From: a virus
Reading direction: 5' to 3' (one strand)
DNA length: 19,369 nt
Virus record (IMG/VR): IMGVR_UViG_3300045988_082853
Location: 1-19,369 of that record
The notes below the pieces were generated by a model that did not search any database, was not told where the DNA came from, and saw only the letters and a list, made by a program, of their open reading frames with translations. Position numbers and translations under genes: made by a program. Positions 7,604 to 17,739 of the stretch are shown one piece after another. The stretch's first letter is position 1; every line of letters begins with the position of its first letter.

Positions 7604-10600
7604 ATGCGCAAAAATATCAAACTATTTATTGCAAATCAAGAGGTTGACTGTAGTGAGGGAATTAGTCTTCCTATGACTTATACAGTTGAGGATTTCCAAA
7701 ACCCCACTATAGTCAAAAACTCTTTCAGTAAGACGATTTCTATCCCTGGAACAAAGAATAACAACAAAATATTTGGAGAAATTTATAAGTTGGATAGATT
7801 GCTTCATATTAAAGATGGTAATATATCTGGAATTTACTTTGATCCATCTAAACGAGTAGATTTCCAAATTTATAATAATAGCTATTTAGTTGAATCTGGA
7901 TATATGCAATTAAATAGTATATCTATAAATAAAGCTGTAATTACCTATAATATTACTTTATATGGAGGTTTAGGTGATTTCTTCTATGGTCTTAAATATA
8001 AAGAAGACGGAGAAATTAGAACTCTTGCTGATTTACAGTACTTTATAACAGATGAAAATGGTAATTTATTACCAGAAGATGAAGAGATGAATTTCACAAT
8101 TAACAAGGATTTTGTAGATAAATGTTTTAGTTATCCTAATGTAAATAACAACGCAAACACTATTTATGACTTTGTTACTTTTACTCCAGCTTATAACGGT
8201 TTATATGATAACTTTGATAATGAGACTTGTTTAATTAACACTAATGGAACAAGTTTATTCCCAACAAGCGCAACAGATTCTGGCAATACATATACTCCTT
8301 ATAATGGCTATGCTTTAGCATCTTTAAATAAAGCATATACAGAATGGGAAATGAGAGATTTAAGAAGTTATATGCAAAGACCTGCAATTAAGCTTTCTAA
8401 ACTTATAGAGACTATTTGCAGAAAAGAGAACTCTGGATACGATGTAATATTCTATAATTCATTCTTTAATAGTTCTAATCCTTATTGGGATAAGACTTAT
8501 GTAGCTCTTCCTTTACTTGGGTCAAATTCTGATGAGGGAGAAGAGTCTATTACAGAGAATGCTCAATTACAGAAATATAATGATAAATTCTGGTGCGGAT
8601 TACAACCTGGAGGAAGTACTACTTCAGTAAATACTGGTATTTTTACAGTAGCTGGAAGTACAGCTATAGTTCCAGGTGAAAATGGAGTGATTAATTTAAG
8701 TGGAATTCCTGCAAGTGCATTGTCAGATATAGATCTTCCAGTACAGCTTGTATTTAATGCAAATACCTCAACTTCTGTAAATGATCTGTATTTAAGCTAT
8801 GTTTTAAATGGTAAGTTAGGAAATACTGAATATAGAAATCATCCTTATAGAACATCTGTAACATTACAATTACTTGTTTATAATGCAGATGAAAGTCCAA
8901 TTGGAAGAAAACCTATAGCATATTCATCGTTATATAACTTTACAAATTCTATACAAGGTCAAAGTCCTGCAGGTCCAAATACTTGGTTTAATTATTATCC
9001 TTTAACTGATGCAAAGGTAGAGACTATATTAGGTAACTTTAAAAAGTATCAAGATAAGTTATATACGTTTACTTCACAAACAGGAGGAGGTAATGTATTT
9101 CATTTAACAGTTACAGACATTCCAAAAGTAGAAAATATATCTATTTATCTACAAGTAGCAAGAAGAACAGAGAGTCTTTATAATCAAGATGTAATGTGGG
9201 GATCAAACAATATGAGACCTGGAACTACTGGAAATTATGCAGTAGCTGGATGGTCTGAAGTATTATTTGATGATGAAAATTATTCATTAACAGCTTCTTG
9301 GGCGTCCTCTATAGCTTCAGAAACTATCATAACTAAATCTACATTACTTAGAACAGAAAACTCTCCAGCAGACTTCTTATTAAGTTACGCAAAACTATTT
9401 GGTTTATACTTTAGTAAGGATATAGATTCAAAGACAATTAGGATATATACAAGAAATAACTTCTTTAAAGACAAGATTAACGATTGGTCTGATAGAATAG
9501 ACTATTCTCAAGATATAACGGTAAATCCTTTGTTATTTGATAAGAAATGGTATACAATGGCTTTAGAGACTCCAGAAACATATTATGCTAATAAATACGA
9601 TAAACAGTATGATATAACTTATGGACAGCAAAGACTTGATACTGGATATAACTTTAACTCAGATAATACTGATTTATATTCAGATAACATTTATGAAAAC
9701 GTTGTATCTGCAAGAGATGTAGATAAATACTTTAGAAACTTCTATAATTCAAGCAACGTATCTGTTCCTGCATTTATGAATGACAACATTACATATAGCT
9801 TATATAGAACTGTAAGTAATGAAAGAACATCATACGATCAAGATTTATATGGAGCTAACTTTATAGATGTATCTAAAACAGTAGAATGGTGAAATGTTCC
9901 AGGTAATGACATATTTGCCAAAAACTGCTTCTATTCATTAGATAATGCTGAGCAGAGCCTTGAAGAGATTGAATCTGCTTTAGTTATGTATAATGGAGAT
10001 GTAGCTATGAATGATATGAATGGTAATCCAATTGAATATTGAATTACTGATGATATAGCTGAAATGGCTTTATTAAATGATGGAGAAAACTGCTTCTTAT
10101 ATACAGCGAGTGAAACAGATAGTTCTGGTAAAAAGATAGCTATTAAAAGAACTACTTTACCTCAGTTTGTAAGATACGTAGATTCAAGTAATTATGTAAC
10201 TGCTTCATTAGATTTTGGACTTCCAAGAGAGATATATGTAGATAAAATTAAATATGATGAAGATAGTACTATTTACTACCAATTCTGGAGAGCATTCTAT
10301 AATGATCAATTTGATGTAAATACCAAAAAAGTTACTTGCTATGTAAAGATGAATGATTTGGACATCAAGTATGATTTATTAAGAGAATTCTATTATTTTG
10401 ATTCTGCTTATTGGATTCTTAATAAGATAGACTCTTATGACATTAATTCAGATGCAACTACAAGATGTGAGTTTATAAAGGTGCAAAATGTAACTAACTA
10501 CTTATATGGAATTCCAGAATTAGGTGATTACATTATAATGACTCCAAATAATATAGAGGTTCCTTATACAGCAGGTACTACAACTATTCAGGTATCATCT

Positions 10601-11059
10601 AATATTCCTTGGGAACTTGGATATTATAATAGTTCAAAGATAACTGGAATAACACCTACAAGCGGAGATAAAGGAGTTACTAATGTAAACATATCATATA
10701 ATGAGAACGATGACTATGATTCTTATAATTTCTATGCAAGATTCCAAAGACCTGGAGATACAACTGGATTAGGACCTGCTTGGTATTGTACACAACTTCC
10801 AGATCCTTCTAAAACAGTTAAAATCTCAGGCACTGTTAAATTAAGCAATGGAACAATTCCAGATTATAGTTTCCATATATGTGCATCTAATAGTAACTTT
10901 ACTAACTGTATATATGCAACAGATTCTACTGGATACTATTCATTATATGTTCAGAAAGGAGTTCCTTTTGATTTTAAAGTTCAAGGTGAAGGTGGAACTG
11001 CAATTTATAATGAAGAGTTAACTTTAAACGAAGATACTATTAAAAACATTACTATTTAA
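7604..11059 (+). CDS. large tail tip / host-recognition protein (1151 aa)
   Basis: Track pieces 7604..9892 and 10064..11059 share one frame, joined by TGAs at 9890 and 10040. The C-terminus carries an Ig/BACON-like module (TAGTTTIQVSSNIPWELGYYNSSKITGITPTSGDKGVTNVNISYNEN). It also carries a carboxypeptidase-regulatory-like beta-sandwich (KISGTVKLSNGTIPDYSF...ATDSTGYYSLYVQKGVPFDFKV). It sits one nucleotide after the previous tail gene. Confidence 0.8.
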
Positions 11060-11061
11060 TT

Positions 11062-13374
11062 ATGGCAGAAGAAATTAAAAAGGTTATCACAATCGATACT
11101 GCCAAAGGTTCAAAGTCGATCAAGCAGCTACGAGAAGAAGTAGCTGGCTTGACGGCTGAACTTGAAGATCTTGAAATTGGCAGTAGTGATTATTCTAAAA
11201 AACTTGAAGACTTAGTAACTGTACAGAATAAATTAACAGTAGCTACTGAGTCAATGCAAGGAAAGACTGTAAACGCAGTTAAAGCATTTGATAGTATAAA
11301 TCAAGTTGCTGGTGGATTAGCTGGAGGAGTTTCGGCTGTCAGTGCTGCATTTACTTTATTTGGAAAAGATACAGAGAATCTTGAAAAAACTATGGTAAAG
11401 CTTCAAGCAGCTATAGCAATAGTTCAAGGTATTGGTGGATTAAAAGGACTTGGAGAAGGTGTACTTAATGGAGTTAAAGCATTTAAGGCATTAGCTGTTT
11501 CAATGGGTACTGCTACTACTGCAACTGGAGGTTTATCTGTAGCAATGGGAGTATTAAGAACAGCGATTATTTCAACAGGTATAGGTGCATTAGTTGTAGC
11601 TTTAGGAATGTTAGTAGATTGAGCAATTAAAGCTGCATCAAGTACCAATGACCTTAAAGATAGTATCGCTGATTTAAATGATGCTACTGATGTTTGAGGA
11701 ACAAAATATGCTGATGCGAATACTCAAATAGCTGCATTAGATAGAAAAAGAGAACGAGAGTTAGCTGAAGGTAAGAAAAGTGAAATTCAAATATGAAAAG
11801 ATTATGCCGATGCTATATGACAAATAGGTGCAGAACTATGATCAGATTTTGGAGAGGTACAAAAACAATACAATAAAGGATTTATACAATTACTTCAAGG
11901 TAATAAAAAGTTTAGAAAAGAGTTTAAAGCATCTAATTTAGGTAACTGGGAAGATTTTGCTTCAGCTGTACAATGAGGGTTAAAAACAAGTTCTAATTAT
12001 ATAGATGAGTTTAATTCTAAATTAAGTGATGAAGAAAAGACTCAATATGAAGAGTTAAAATCAACATACGAAACTTATTTAGAAAAACGAAACGCTAGTA
12101 TGCAAAAATCTGCAGAACTTTATGAAAAAGTAAAGTTAATGGAGATTGCTGCAGACAGAAAGGCAAGAGAAAAAGCTATTGCTGAATATAATAAGAAAAA
12201 AGATGCATTTAAAGAACATATAAAAGAGTTATTAAAATTCATAGAAACGTTCAATAAAGAAAATAGACGAATTCTATTAACAGACGAAGCTAGAGAGGAA
12301 GAAGATATAAATGTTAAATATCAAAAACAATTAGACGCTCTAACAGAAGCTAAAAATCTTGAATTAATAACAACAGAAAAATATAATGAAAAATTAAATT
12401 TACTTAATAAAGCCTATTCTAAAGAATATGTAGATCTTTATACAGATAGATACAGGAAAGAGATTGAAGATAGAATGAACTCTCTAGAAGAATTAAGAGC
12501 AAAAGAAAATCTATTTTTCGATCAAAGACAATCTGAATTAGATACTAAGTATAATAAAACTTATACTCATAATGCTGGATTAGGTAATACATTTAAAACA
12601 GCAGGAGATATAAAAAATGAACGAAAAGATAGAATTGATAGAGCTAATGACACTCTTGGTTTAAAATTAGATTTTTTTGAGAGAGATAATAAACGTATAG
12701 ATCAATTACAAAAAACTTTAAAAGAATCATTTGATAATGGTTTAATAACTCAAGAAGAATATAATAACGAGTATGCAAGATTAAATGCAGAAAGAGAAGC
12801 TAATGATACTGCAGCTAAAAATGCTATAGTTGCTAATAGCGAGGAAATTAAACAAGCTAAAAAAGATGAAATTAAAGATATTGTAGCGGCAGTACAAGGA
12901 AGTTTCTCAGCATTAGGTACTTTAGGAGACGCTATTGCCGAAACTTATAAATTTGAAGCTAATAACTCAAAGAAATCTTTAAAGGAAAGAGAGGCGGCTT
13001 TAGATAATTACAAAACTATAGCAAAAATATCTACTGTATTTAATACTGCTTCTGCAGCTATGAGTGCATATAATTCTATGGCAGGAATTCCTGTAGTTGG
13101 ACCTGTACTTGGTGGTATAGCTGCAGCTGCTGCAATTGCTATGGGTATCTTGCAGATTAAAAATATTGATAATGAAGAGCTTAGTAACACTTCAGGAGCT
13201 TCTACATCAGCACCATCTGCATTAAATACAATGCCAGTTGAATATACTCGGAACTTACTTGGAGATAAAGAAACAGACCAACTTAACAATCCAATTAAAT
13301 GTTATGTTGTTGAATCTGACATTACAAATGCACAGACTAAAGTGGCAGTTACTGAGTCTAATGCAAGTTTCTAA
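11062..13374 (+). CDS. tape-measure-like protein (770 aa)
   Basis: Track pieces 11062..11622 and 12100..13374 share one frame, joined by six TGAs (11620, 11695, 11794, 11818, 11839, 11974). Long Lys/Glu-rich coiled-coil stretches are flanked by Gly/Ala-rich hydrophobic segments (AGGLAGGVSAVSAAFTLFG, GIGALVVALGMLV, GIPVVGPVLGGIAAAAAIAMGIL). The stop is TAA. Confidence 0.7.
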
Positions 13375-13477
13375 AGTGAGTAAATTATTGACAGCCTACT
13401 ATGTAAGTTACTGTAAATCAGTGCTTATATAGTAGTGCAATGTCAAAATTTTATTTATCTTAGATACCTGTGTGAGT

Positions 13478-13513
13478 AAAAAACTTGACAGTTATATTCT
13501 ATATAAATATAAT
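13478..13513 (+). promoter_or_regulatory. consensus sigma-70-type promoter of the head module
   Basis: TTGACA lies at 13485-13490, followed by a 17-nt spacer and TATAAT at 13508-13513. It is preceded by an A6 tract and sits in the largest intergenic gap, 58 nt upstream of ATG 13572. Confidence 0.6.
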
Positions 13514-13571
13514 TTATTAAAAGATTGTAAAAAATATTACATTTTTCTAACTAACTATATATTAATAAAAA

Positions 13572-14165
13572 ATGGAAAATATGTATAACGAACTGCCACT
13601 ATATCAAGCAGTAATAACTGACGATTTTGATGGCATAGAATATGTAGCTTTAACATCAAAGCCAGCTACTCAAGTAAACTGGGTTGCATTTAATAACTCT
13701 TTGAAATTCTCTATGGATGAAGATCAACATATTGTAACTTCTTGTTTAATGGTATGTGATATGCCAATTTTTAGACGAGACGACAATTTGGGAGAATATT
13801 ATATCCAATATGATAAAGAGACTTTAAGAGTAATGGCTGAGAAGATGATGAGGGATAAGAGAACTGATGCTGTTAATATAGAGCATTTAGAAGATTCTTC
13901 GATTCCTGGAATTGTACTACAAGAACTTTACATTAAAGATGAGAAACGAGGAATTTCTCCAATAGAATTCAAAGATGTGCCCGATGGTTCTTTATTTGTA
14001 ACTTACAAAATAAATAATCCTATTATTTGGGATGCTATTAAAGCAGGAAAGTTTAAAGGCTTCTCTATTGAAGGCTTATTTACTTTAGAACGTAAGGATG
14101 ATGAATATACAGAACTTAAAGAGATACAAAGAATGTTGAAGAAGATAAAACGAATTAAAAAGTAA
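13572..14165 (+). CDS. XkdF-like putative prohead serine protease
   Basis: Intact 197-aa ORF. VNIEHLEDSSIPGIVLQELYI...DGSLFVTYKINNPIIWDAIKAGKFKGFSIEG matches the pattern of the PBSX XkdF family (Peptidase_S78_2). It lies directly upstream of the scaffold and capsid genes. Confidence 0.6.
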   Translation: MENMYNELPLYQAVITDDFDGIEYVALTSKPATQVNWVAFNNSLKFSMDEDQHIVTSCLMVCDMPIFRRDDNLGEYYIQYDKETLRVMAEKMMRDKRTDAVNIEHLEDSSIPGIVLQELYIKDEKRGISPIEFKDVPDGSLFVTYKINNPIIWDAIKAGKFKGFSIEGLFTLERKDDEYTELKEIQRMLKKIKRIKK

Positions 14166-14168
14166 ACT

Positions 14169-14780
14169 ATGAGCAAATTCACTAAAATCAAATTAGAGCT
14201 TGCCAAAATGTTGGCAAAATTCAGTGACATCAAAACTGACAAAGCCGTCTTAACTTGGGATTCTGACGAAGATCTTAAAGCTGGAATGGATGTTTATGTA
14301 ATGGATGAGAATGGCGAATACGCTCCTGCTGCTGATGGTGATTATGTTACCGAAGATGGTAAAACTATCGTAGTTAAGGAAGGTCGCGTTGAATCAATTA
14401 CTGATCCTAAAGCTGAAGTAGATCCAGAGGAAGGAATGAGCACTGTTGAGGTAGCTGCTGCTTGCGGAACTAAGAAAGTAAACGCTGCTGAGGAAGAAGT
14501 TGCAGATCCTATGGTTCAAACCGATGGTGTTAAAGAAAGTGAAACCGATGCCATTGATGCAATTCATAGAGAGATTAATGAGCTTTATGACATTGTAGAC
14601 AAACTTACAAAGAAGGTTGCCGAGCTTGAAGCAAAAGGAACTGAAACAAAAGAGACTGTTGAGAAAATGAGCAAAATGAGTGCTGCTTTCTCTGCAGAAG
14701 AAGAGATTGAAACAAAGCGTACTACTCCTACAAGTGGCAATGCAGAAATAGATAGAAAGCTTAAAAACTTTATTGGTTAA
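14169..14780 (+). CDS. scaffolding protein
   Basis: Intact 203-aa ORF that is strongly acidic with a coiled-coil segment (REINELYDIVDKLTKKVAELEAKGTETKETVEKM). It sits between the protease and the major capsid gene. Confidence 0.6.
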   Translation: MSKFTKIKLELAKMLAKFSDIKTDKAVLTWDSDEDLKAGMDVYVMDENGEYAPAADGDYVTEDGKTIVVKEGRVESITDPKAEVDPEEGMSTVEVAAACGTKKVNAAEEEVADPMVQTDGVKESETDAIDAIHREINELYDIVDKLTKKVAELEAKGTETKETVEKMSKMSAAFSAEEEIETKRTTPTSGNAEIDRKLKNFIG

Positions 14781-14801
14781 TAATTTAAAAATTAATAAAA
14801 T

Positions 14802-15701
14802 ATGAATCCTGTAATGACTTCTTTGACTGCTTATGTTGAGCAGCGTAGATTACCTCTTATTAAAGAGGCTGTATTAAAAGCTAAGAGTGCTAGTTTATTT
14901 AACTTACAGACTGATATCAAAACTTCAGCTGCTCTTAACTTACTTTCAACTGATGTTGAATTTGGAGATGGTCTGACTTGTGGATGGGATGAGGCTGGAA
15001 CGCAGACTCTTTCACAACGAGTTCTTACGACTGGAAATATCAAGATTAATATGGCTTATTGCGACAAAGCTATGCTTAAATATTGGACTCAGTATCAGGT
15101 TCGCGTTGCTGCTGGTCAGAAAACGCTTCCTTTCGAAGAGGACTTTATTAGTAGTGTAGTTGAGAATGTTAAAGCCGCTATTGAAACCGCTATCTGGCAA
15201 GGTGATACTAGTTCTAGTACGAACAACCTTAAATATTTCGATGGTCTGTTAAAGATCTTAAAAGATGCTGATGGTACTGTTGATGTAACGATTACTGGTA
15301 CTTCTGCTTACGATGACATTATGGCTGTTTATAACGCTATTCCTGAGAAAGTACTTGATGGTGCTTCTATCTTAGTAGGCGCTGATACCTTCCGTAAATT
15401 TGTACAGGAGTTAGTTGCTAAGAACTACTTCCATTATAGTGGTGAGAATCTTAACGGTGAGATTATGCTTCCTGGTTCGCAGGTTAAAGTAATCGCTGTT
15501 AATGGTCTTAACGGAACTGACAAGATCGTTGCTGGTCAGCTTGACAAGAACTTCTTCTATGGCTGCGATATGATGAATGACGAAGAGAAATTCGAAATGT
15601 GGTATTCGCAGGATTTCAGAGAATTTAGATTAGCTGTTGAATTTAACGCTGGTGTACAGATTGCATTCCCTGACGAAGTAGTATTAGGTGCTAAAGCTTA
15701 A
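14802..15701 (+). CDS. major capsid protein (HK97-fold type, 299 aa)
   Basis: Intact ORF. The pattern ...VENVKAAIETAIWQGDTSSSTNNLKYFDGLLKIL... and the position after protease and scaffold are typical of Phage_capsid-type MCPs. GC content is higher and codon choice is biased (GCT/GGT/CGT). Confidence 0.85.
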   Translation: MNPVMTSLTAYVEQRRLPLIKEAVLKAKSASLFNLQTDIKTSAALNLLSTDVEFGDGLTCGWDEAGTQTLSQRVLTTGNIKINMAYCDKAMLKYWTQYQVRVAAGQKTLPFEEDFISSVVENVKAAIETAIWQGDTSSSTNNLKYFDGLLKILKDADGTVDVTITGTSAYDDIMAVYNAIPEKVLDGASILVGADTFRKFVQELVAKNYFHYSGENLNGEIMLPGSQVKVIAVNGLNGTDKIVAGQLDKNFFYGCDMMNDEEKFEMWYSQDFREFRLAVEFNAGVQIAFPDEVVLGAKA

Positions 15702-15741
15702 TTTCAATAGAAACGTTTAACTTTAAATAGTAATTGAAATT

Positions 15742-16260
15742 ATGGCTTGCTTAATAACGCTTAATGGAATTACACTTGATTGCCAGCCTTCGTTAGGTGG
15801 TATCAAACGAGTTTGGATTACTCAATATTCAGATGTAAAATCTGTAGTTGTAGGTGACGACAATATGATTGAAAGTATCACTTTAGAGGGTGAAGCTCAA
15901 TGGTATGAGTATCAGTTCCGTAAGGCTACTGGTTCTTTAACCTCAACTCTGAATGTTGACGAATCCGCAGGAGTTAACTATGTAAGCAATGAGTTAGCTC
16001 TTGTATTTACAAAGATGGAAACTGCTAAGAGAATTGAAATTGCAGCTTTATCGATTGGTCAGCTTGCAGTTGTTGTTGAGGATAGTAATGGTCATTACTG
16101 GTTCCTTGGTAAAGATGATTATGTAAGCGCTTCTGCAGGTACTGGTATTACTGGTACAGCAAAAGGTGATCAGAATGCTTATACTCTGACTCTCTCTACT
16201 GATTCGGATTCTTATCCTTATGAGTTGTCAGCAGAAGCTATTGCTGCAATAGTTGGATAA
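15742..16260 (+). CDS. putative major tail (tube) protein, or another abundant virion protein
   Basis: Intact 172-aa ORF. GGIKRVWITQ...VVVEDSNGHYWFLGKDDYVSASAGTGITGTAKGDQNAYTLTL resembles siphophage tube proteins. It shares the biased composition of the MCP gene and is followed by a strong terminator. Confidence 0.5.
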   Translation: MACLITLNGITLDCQPSLGGIKRVWITQYSDVKSVVVGDDNMIESITLEGEAQWYEYQFRKATGSLTSTLNVDESAGVNYVSNELALVFTKMETAKRIEIAALSIGQLAVVVEDSNGHYWFLGKDDYVSASAGTGITGTAKGDQNAYTLTLSTDSDSYPYELSAEAIAAIVG

Positions 16261-16267
16261 TCAGATT

Positions 16268-16306
16268 AAGAGCGGGTAATTAATTTTACTCGCTCTTATT
16301 TTGTTT
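16268..16306 (+). terminator. rho-independent terminator closing the head module
   Basis: AAGAGCGGGTAA (16268-16279), loop TTAATT, and TTACTCGCTCTT (16286-16297) form a 12-bp stem with one G-U pair. ATTTTGTTT follows immediately, 8 nt after the TAA of the preceding gene. Confidence 0.75.
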
Positions 16307-16335
16307 ATAGACATTAATAATAAAAATTATATAAT

Positions 16336-17490
16336 ATGGCAATTAAATTTACAACACAACCTGTTGCAAAGAATGCAACTTTGAGAGGTTTAGATAGCCT
16401 AAGTGCTGCAGAATGCAAACTTCAGGATAAGACAGTTGAATATGTAGAAAATTCACAATACGAAATATTACCAGATGAAGGATACGATGGAATAGCAAAG
16501 GTTGACGTAACAGTAAATGTACCAATTCCAGAACCTAAATTACAGAGCAAGAATTACAACATTGTAACTAATGGAGATACAACTATTACTCCTGACGAAG
16601 GTTTTGTTGGAATTAATGGAGGTACTATTAGTGTAAACGTTCCTACTCCAGCGCCTAATTTACAAGAGAAATCTACGACTATTAGTCAGAATGGTGCTTC
16701 TAGTGTTACGCCAGATTCTGGCTATGATGGTCTTTCTAGAGTAGATATTACTGTACAAGTTCCAGAACAGACTATACAAGCTAACAAGACTGTATCTATT
16801 ACAACTAATGGACAAACTATTGTATCCCCTGATCCAAATAATGATGGTATGGCTCAGGTAACTGTAGATGTTAATGTATCTGGAAGTGGAGGAGTTCCAG
16901 CTTATATTCCTAATGAGCCACAGAGTGTTACAGAAATATCTAATAGTGAGATAAATACAGTAGTTCCTATGAATTATGTAGTAAATGAATCTGTTCAAGA
17001 TTTACAGGGTTCATTTTTATTAAATGCTCCAGAACTAGAATTTGTACATTTAATTACTCCTTCTAGCAATTTATTTCGTAGTATAAATTACTTCTTAGGA
17101 AGTACAAATAAAGTAAAATGGGTAACTTTATCTAATACAAGATATGTAACTGATTTTAGTCTTTCGTTTGTAGGATGTCAACAACTAGAATATTTAGGGC
17201 CTTTAGATATGACTAATGCTACTGAGGTTAACTTAATGTTGCCTACTTCTATGAGTACTGTAAATAAAACAAGATTTGGAGGTTTTTATAATCTTAGTCT
17301 TGATCTAGATTTAAGTGCATTAGATATTCCAGATGAATCTGTGTGAGCTATTTTATATAGTATCAAAGATATGACTGGAGATTCTCAACGAACTTTAAAA
17401 TTCAGTTACAATACTTATAGCAATAATGAATACGATTGAAGTTCTTATACAGAATTTGCATCTACAAAGAATTGGGCATTATCTTACTAA
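16336..17490 (+). CDS. fibre / receptor-binding-like protein with four tandem ~40-aa repeats (384 aa)
   Basis: Track ORF 16336..17346 continues in frame through TGAs at 17344 and 17437 to TAA 17488-17490. The C-terminal part (FLLNAPELEFVHLITPSSNLF...VGCQQLEYLGPLDMTNATEVNLMLP) looks like a leucine-rich repeat. Confidence 0.75.
16417..16884 (+). repeat. four tandem coding repeats, period about 120 nt (40 aa)
   Basis: The four units are KLQDKTVEYVENSQYEILPDEGYDGIAKVDVTVNVPIPEP, KLQSKNYNIVTNGDTTITPDEGFVGINGGTISVNVPTPAP, NLQEKSTTISQNGASSVTPDSGYDGLSRVDITVQVPEQT and IQANKTVSITTNGQTIVSPDPNNDGMAQVTVDVNVSGSG. Confidence 0.7.
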
Positions 17491-17502
17491 AACTTTATAA
17501 TT

Positions 17503-17739
17503 ATGAAAATAGAAAAGACTGAAAAATTTCAAACAGTAAAACCTGACGAGAATATGGTTCTTACTAAATATAATGACGGAGATAAAATAGAGGGATATAT
17601 GTCTTATAGAGCTTATATGTGTCCATTAGATACAGATCTTAGTATTTTAAAAGAAATCTCTGTTGAAAAAGATGCAGAATATCTAAAACTTAAAAAAGAA
17701 GCTATTGAAGCTGTTATTAAATCTAAAATGATAAAATAA
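17503..17739 (+). CDS. small hypothetical protein between the fibre genes (possible fibre assembly factor)
   Basis: Intact 78-aa ORF whose stop overlaps the next start (ATAATG). No family recognised. Confidence 0.5.
   Translation: MKIEKTEKFQTVKPDENMVLTKYNDGDKIEGYMSYRAYMCPLDTDLSILKEISVEKDAEYLKLKKEAIEAVIKSKMIK

Noticed and set aside
13238-13432. Plus-strand 64-aa ORF overlapping the 3' end of the tape-measure-like gene
   Set aside because: It is out of frame with a strongly supported gene and has no recognisable motif. It runs into the intergenic promoter region.
13388-13457. TTGACA...TGTCAA imperfect long inverted repeat followed by AATTTTATTTAT after the tape-measure-like gene (possible terminator); its TTGACA also considered as a -35 element
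   Set aside because: The stem is interrupted by an asymmetric internal loop and pairs only 6+5 bp, so it is weak as a terminator. As a promoter, the N17 position reads CTGTAA. It cannot be supported without folding energies or transcript data.
15700-15741. 9-bp inverted repeat AATTTCAAT / ATTGAAATT spanning the MCP-to-tube intergenic region and ending at the ATG
   Set aside because: The stem is entirely A/T with a 24-nt loop, so it is predicted to be very weak. It may modulate translation of 15742..16260 but cannot be distinguished from chance in AT-rich DNA.
16308-16335. TAGACA-N16-TATAAT promoter-like string before the fibre gene
   Set aside because: The -10 element abuts ATG 16336, so a transcript initiated from it would start inside the coding sequence. 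In DNA this AT-rich such matches are expected by chance.
2582-16998. Minus-strand ORFs in the track (2582..2791, 3994..4233, 4166..4357, 7622..7867, 11424..11648, 13008..13289, 14003..14242, 14831..15043, 15012..15200, 16660..16998)
   Set aside because: Each lies antisense to a well-supported plus-strand gene. Their translations are low-complexity (Ile/Leu/Ser/Asn-rich, or Ala/Pro mirror images of Gly/Ala-rich segments). No intergenic space or start context supports them.
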